DNA of 64,000 nucleotides, taken from positions 589,112 to 653,111 of the forward strand of contig CAVZUJ010000009.1 in NCBI GenBank assembly GCA_963778525.1. Reading direction: 5' to 3'. A model generated the notes under the pieces. It was not told the DNA's origin and searched no databases. It saw nothing but the letters and a program-made list of their open reading frames with translations. A program made the translations under genes and the position numbers. Position 1 is the stretch's first letter, and each line of letters begins with the position of its first letter. Of the stretch, positions 54,891 through 64,000 are shown piece after piece. The DNA is from an uncultured beta proteobacterium. Lineage in GTDB: Bacteria; Pseudomonadota; Gammaproteobacteria; Burkholderiales; Burkholderiaceae_C.

Positions 54891-57060
54891 CTACAGCGTA
54901 CCGGTGGCAGTGTATTTCCAGGCCGGCAACTCGAGGCTGGCGTCGGCGGCGCGCCGGATCCGCGCCGCTTCGTCGACCAGGCGCGAGAGGCGGCGCGACA
55001 GCCACGGCACCGTGTCGTGCGTCGGCGGCTGCGCCGGCAGGAGCTCGAGCTCGTCGACGTTTTGCTCGCCGGCGGGCTCGGCGCTCGCGCCGACGGGAAC
55101 CTGCAGGTCGAGGCGGGCGTCGAGGGCGGTGACGGCCTCGGCCAGCGCGCTCTCGATGCGCGGCAGCTCGGCGGCATCGTCGAGGCGGGCAAGCGAGTGG
55201 CGGACCAGCGACAGGTGCGCCATGAAGCGCTCGCCGTGGTCGAGCAAGGTGACGATCTGGCGCACCGGCAGACGCACACCCTTGGGCTCGACGCGGCTGC
55301 GCTGCAGCGCCGCACCGAGCGCCGCCAGCGATTCGTAGGCCTTGCGCCGGGCCATGCGCTCGTCGACCGCATTGCCCGAGCCGGCGCGCAGCGAGTGATC
55401 TGCATAGCCGCGCAATTCGCGCAGGACCCGCCTGATCGCTTCGGGCACGCTGCGGCGTTCCCACGACGGCAGCACATAGCTGAAGCACCAGGCCAGCATG
55501 GCACCGAGAAAGGTGTCGCCGACGCGCTCGGCGATGGCGAAGCCGCCGGCCGGATTGACGAGGTGCGACTGCAACAGCGCCATGACGCTGGCGGCCGTGG
55601 CGGTGAGCCAGTAGCGCTGCGTCACGAAGGCATGGGCCGTGCCGAGCGCGATCAGAAAGATGCTGCTCTGGAACAGCGCCGATGGCACGCGCGAAAAGCC
55701 GACGACGACGAGGCAGCCGAGGATCGTGCCGCCGACGCGCGCATTGCGGCGCGCCAAGGTGTCGCCGAGGCTGCCGCGCAGGACCACGCCCACGCTCAGC
55801 ACCAGCCAGTAGGGATGCGAGCCCCAGGGCAGCGCCAGCGCCAGGTAGTAGGCCGTGCCGAGGGCGAGCGACATGCGGATGGCGTGGCGCAGCACGAGCG
55901 AGTCGCGCCGCCAGTGCGCCTTCAGCGCTCGCAGCGGCCAGCCTTCCGGCGCGACGAAGAGCTGGAGCTGGGCCCGGCTCAGCGGCAGCTCCTCACGGCC
56001 GCCGTTGAGCAAGGCGCGGATCCGGCCGGCGTCGGCGGCGAGGCGGGCGAGGCGGCCGTGCAGCACCGGCAGGAGGCGGGTCCGGGCATCGTCGGCGGCG
56101 ATCGGCGCGGCGCCGGCCACATTGTCGAAATCGACGGGCGGCAAGGCCGGCTCGGCCATGCGCGCGCTATCGCGTAATGCAAGGGCCGCCGTCTCCAGCT
56201 GCTCGCCGATGCCGCGCAGCGCCGCCGCGGCGCGCTCGAGGATGGCGCGGCCGGCCGCATCGCTGCCAAGGAGGTCGACATCGAGGCGGCTGGCGAGGAG
56301 CGCGTCGCGCAGATCGATGACGCGCAGGAGGATCGCCACATCGCGGCGCCAGCGCGGACTTTCGCGGGCCGGGAAAATCAGGTCACGGGCCGATTGCAGG
56401 CGATCGGCCAGCGCCGCCTCGCCGCCGATCCAGGCGCGCAGCGGCGGCGCCTCGCCGGCCTCGACGCGAAAGGCGACCAGCACGTCGGCACGCGAGCGGA
56501 AAAGCTGCGCCGCGGCGCGCAGTGTCGCCACGAGCACCAGGGTGCGATAGCGGCGCTGCAGCACGGCGTTGGCCAGCATCGCCCAGCCAAGGTACGCGAA
56601 GCTGCCGCAGGCGCTCCAGCCGGCGATCGAGAGCTCGTGCTCGGCCGGCGGCACGGCCATCGAGAAGATCATCGACAGCACCGGCGCGAACGACACGGCG
56701 CCGGCGCGCGCTCCCCAGGCCTGCGTCATCATCGCCAGGAAGGCGACGGCCGCGACGGCAGCGCCGAGGGCGAGCGGCTGGGTGCGCAGCACGTCGACGA
56801 CGAGCGCCGCGATGAAGGCAAGCAAGGCGGCCGCGCCGACCCGGTGCCAGGTGCGCGACACGACGTTCGGCAGGTCGGCGATGCTGGCGCAGACCGCGCC
56901 GCTGACGACCAGAGCGGCGACGTGCGAGCCGGCCAGCTCGCGCGCCAGCAGCTGGATGCAGCCGATGCCGAGCGCGGCCTCGATGCCGTTGATCGCGTAC
57001 GCCGGCAGCAGCCGCCACGGCCGCAAGACCGCCGGCAGCAGCGGCGGCGCGATCAGCTGT
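54891..57060 (-). CDS. FUSC/YccS-family integral membrane protein
   Basis: About 720 aa; N-terminal TM bundle, central soluble region, second TM bundle (LALGTAYYLALALPWGSHPYWLVLSVGVVL...); start uncertain (TTG?). Confidence 0.65.
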
Positions 57061-57917
57061 CGATCAGCTTCGGATCCCAGGCATGCACCTTCTGTCGCTG
57101 CTCGCCCAGGCCGGCGATGCCCAGGCGCATCTCGTCGCCGGCCTTCAGGAAGCTCGGCGGCTTCATGCCGAGGCCGACGCCCGGCGGCGTGCCGGTGGTG
57201 ATGAGATCGCCGGGCCACAGCGTCATGAAGCGGCTGCAGTAGGCAACGAGCTCGGCGACGCCGAAGATCATCGTCTTCGTGCTGCCGTTCTGGCATGCGC
57301 GTACCGTTCACGTCGAGCCACATCGAGAGCAACTGCGGGTCGGCCACTTCATCGGCCGTCACCATCCAGGGGCCGACCGGGCCGAAGGTGTCGCAGCCCT
57401 TGCCCTTGTCCCATTGCGTGCCGCGCTCGAGCTGGTACTCGCGCTCGGACACGTCGTTGACGACGCAGTAGCCGGCGACGTACTTCAGCGCGTCGGCCTT
57501 CTCGACGTAGCGCGCCTTGCTGCCGATGACGACGCCGAGCTCGACCTCCCAGTCCGTCTTCACCGAGTCCTTCGGCATCACCACCGCATCGTTGCAGCCG
57601 ACCAGGCAGCTCGTCGGCTTCATGAAGATGATCGGCTCTTTCGGAATCGGCGAGCCGGTCTCGGCGGCGTGGTCGGAATAGTTGAGGCCGATGCAGATGA
57701 ATTTGCCCATGCCGCTCCAGGGTGGCGCGACGCGGCCGGGGCTGGCGACGGCCGGCAGCTTCGCGGCGTCGAGCGCGGCCAGGCGCTTCAGGTTCTCGGG
57801 CTTGAGCGTGTCGGCAGTGATGTCGGCGACGACGCCGGAGAGATCGCGCACCGTGCCCTGCGCATCGACGAGCGCGGGCTTCTCCGCGCCCTTGGCGCCG
57901 TATCGCATCAACTTCAT
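57053..57917 (-). CDS. Fumarylacetoacetate hydrolase (FAH) family protein, apparent frameshift ~57290
   Basis: MKLMRYGAKGAEKPALVDAQGTVRDL...KFICIGLNYSDHAAETG...; C-terminus MIFGVAELVAYCSRFMTLWPGDLITTGTPPGVG... in ORF 57053..57271. Confidence 0.8.
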
Positions 57918-57960
57918 GAGAGGGTTCCTTGGTCAGCGGGAGAACGAGTTTAGGCCCTGC

Positions 57961-63586
<5,626 letters not shown>

Positions 63587-63590
<4 letters not shown>

Positions 63591-64000
63591 ACCTGTCGCT
63601 GCCGTTCGTGCGACGCCCGATCGGCACGGTCCTGCTCACCGTCGGCGTGGCGCTGGCCGGCATCACCGGCTTCTTCCTGCTGCCGATCTCGCCGCTGCCG
63701 CAGGTCGACTATCCGGTGATCTCGGTGAGCGCGGCCATTCCGGGCGCCAGCCCGCGAGACCATGGCCACCAGCGTCGCGACGCCGCTCGAGCGCCGGCTC
63801 GGCACGATCGCCGGCGTCAACGAGATCACGTCGTCGAGCAACACCGGCTCGGCCCGCGTCACGCTGCAATTCGATCTCAGCCGCGACATCGACGGCGCGG
63901 CGCGCGAGGTGCAGGCGGCGATCAACGCCAGCCGGGTCGACTTGCCGACGACGCTGCGCAGCAACCCGACCTATCGCAAGGCCAACCCGGCGGCCTCGCC
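63587..64000 (+). CDS. mdtC: RND efflux transporter, 5' partial, apparent frameshift ~63757
   Basis: GTG start overlapping the mdtB stop (GTGA); [56 protein letters not shown], then after a 1-bp shift (E)[40 protein letters not shown]... Confidence 0.75.

Overview
This 64 kb window is about 68-70% GC and looks like chromosomal DNA from a betaproteobacterium, probably Burkholderiales. It is densely coding, with about 58 genes, no rRNA or tRNA genes and no CRISPR array. It does not contain one clearly novel self-contained system. Three loci stand out.

Gene content, 5' to 3':
- A partial ArnT-like glycosyltransferase, a NUDIX hydrolase, and the pntAA-pntAB-pntB transhydrogenase genes.
- A lower-GC VapBC-like toxin-antitoxin pair (RHH antitoxin plus PIN toxin).
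- A minus-strand catabolic supercluster, ordered in the direction of transcription (descending coordinates): amidase, MaoC-like hydratase, acyl-CoA dehydrogenase, family-III CoA-transferase, MmgE/PrpD, then DctP, DctQ, DctM and an alpha/beta hydrolase. It closely resembles the Pseudomonas aeruginosa PA0878-PA0882 itaconate (C5-dicarboxylate) degradation cluster but lacks the citramalyl-CoA lyase.
- A Tat-exported dienelactone hydrolase, a standalone receiver domain coupled to an MFS transporter, and a DUF72 protein.
- A roughly 10.7 kb block (19.8-30.5 kb) holding a second TRAP system, an amidase, a Dpp-type ABC transporter and a secreted hydrolase. Almost every gene in it is interrupted by multiple frameshifts and by at least one in-frame TAG, so it reads as a decaying operon.
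- A flotillin (YqiK) with no NfeD partner, an FGGY kinase and an SDR.
- A metal-uptake locus (DUF2946, a coiled-coil outer-membrane barrel, znuA, znuB, no znuC) next to a lipoprotein plus ECF sigma plus anti-sigma module.
- A redox and hydrolase cluster containing a TctC binding protein with no TctAB membrane partner.
- A putative non-phosphorylative sugar-acid cluster: exported MBL lactonase-like lipoprotein, UxaA/GarD dehydratase, FUSC/YccS membrane protein, FAH hydrolase, SDR.
- mdtA, mdtB and the start of mdtC.

Sequence quality:
- Outside the 19.8-30.5 kb block, about one gene in four carries a single 1-bp indel, usually an extra C or G. That is roughly one per 4 kb, including in pntAB and pntB.
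- This could be sequencing or assembly error, or widespread pseudogenisation. The sequence alone cannot decide.

Coordinates are approximate to a few bases. Coordinates taken from the six-frame ORF track are reliable; my own hand base counts were off by one against the track in places.
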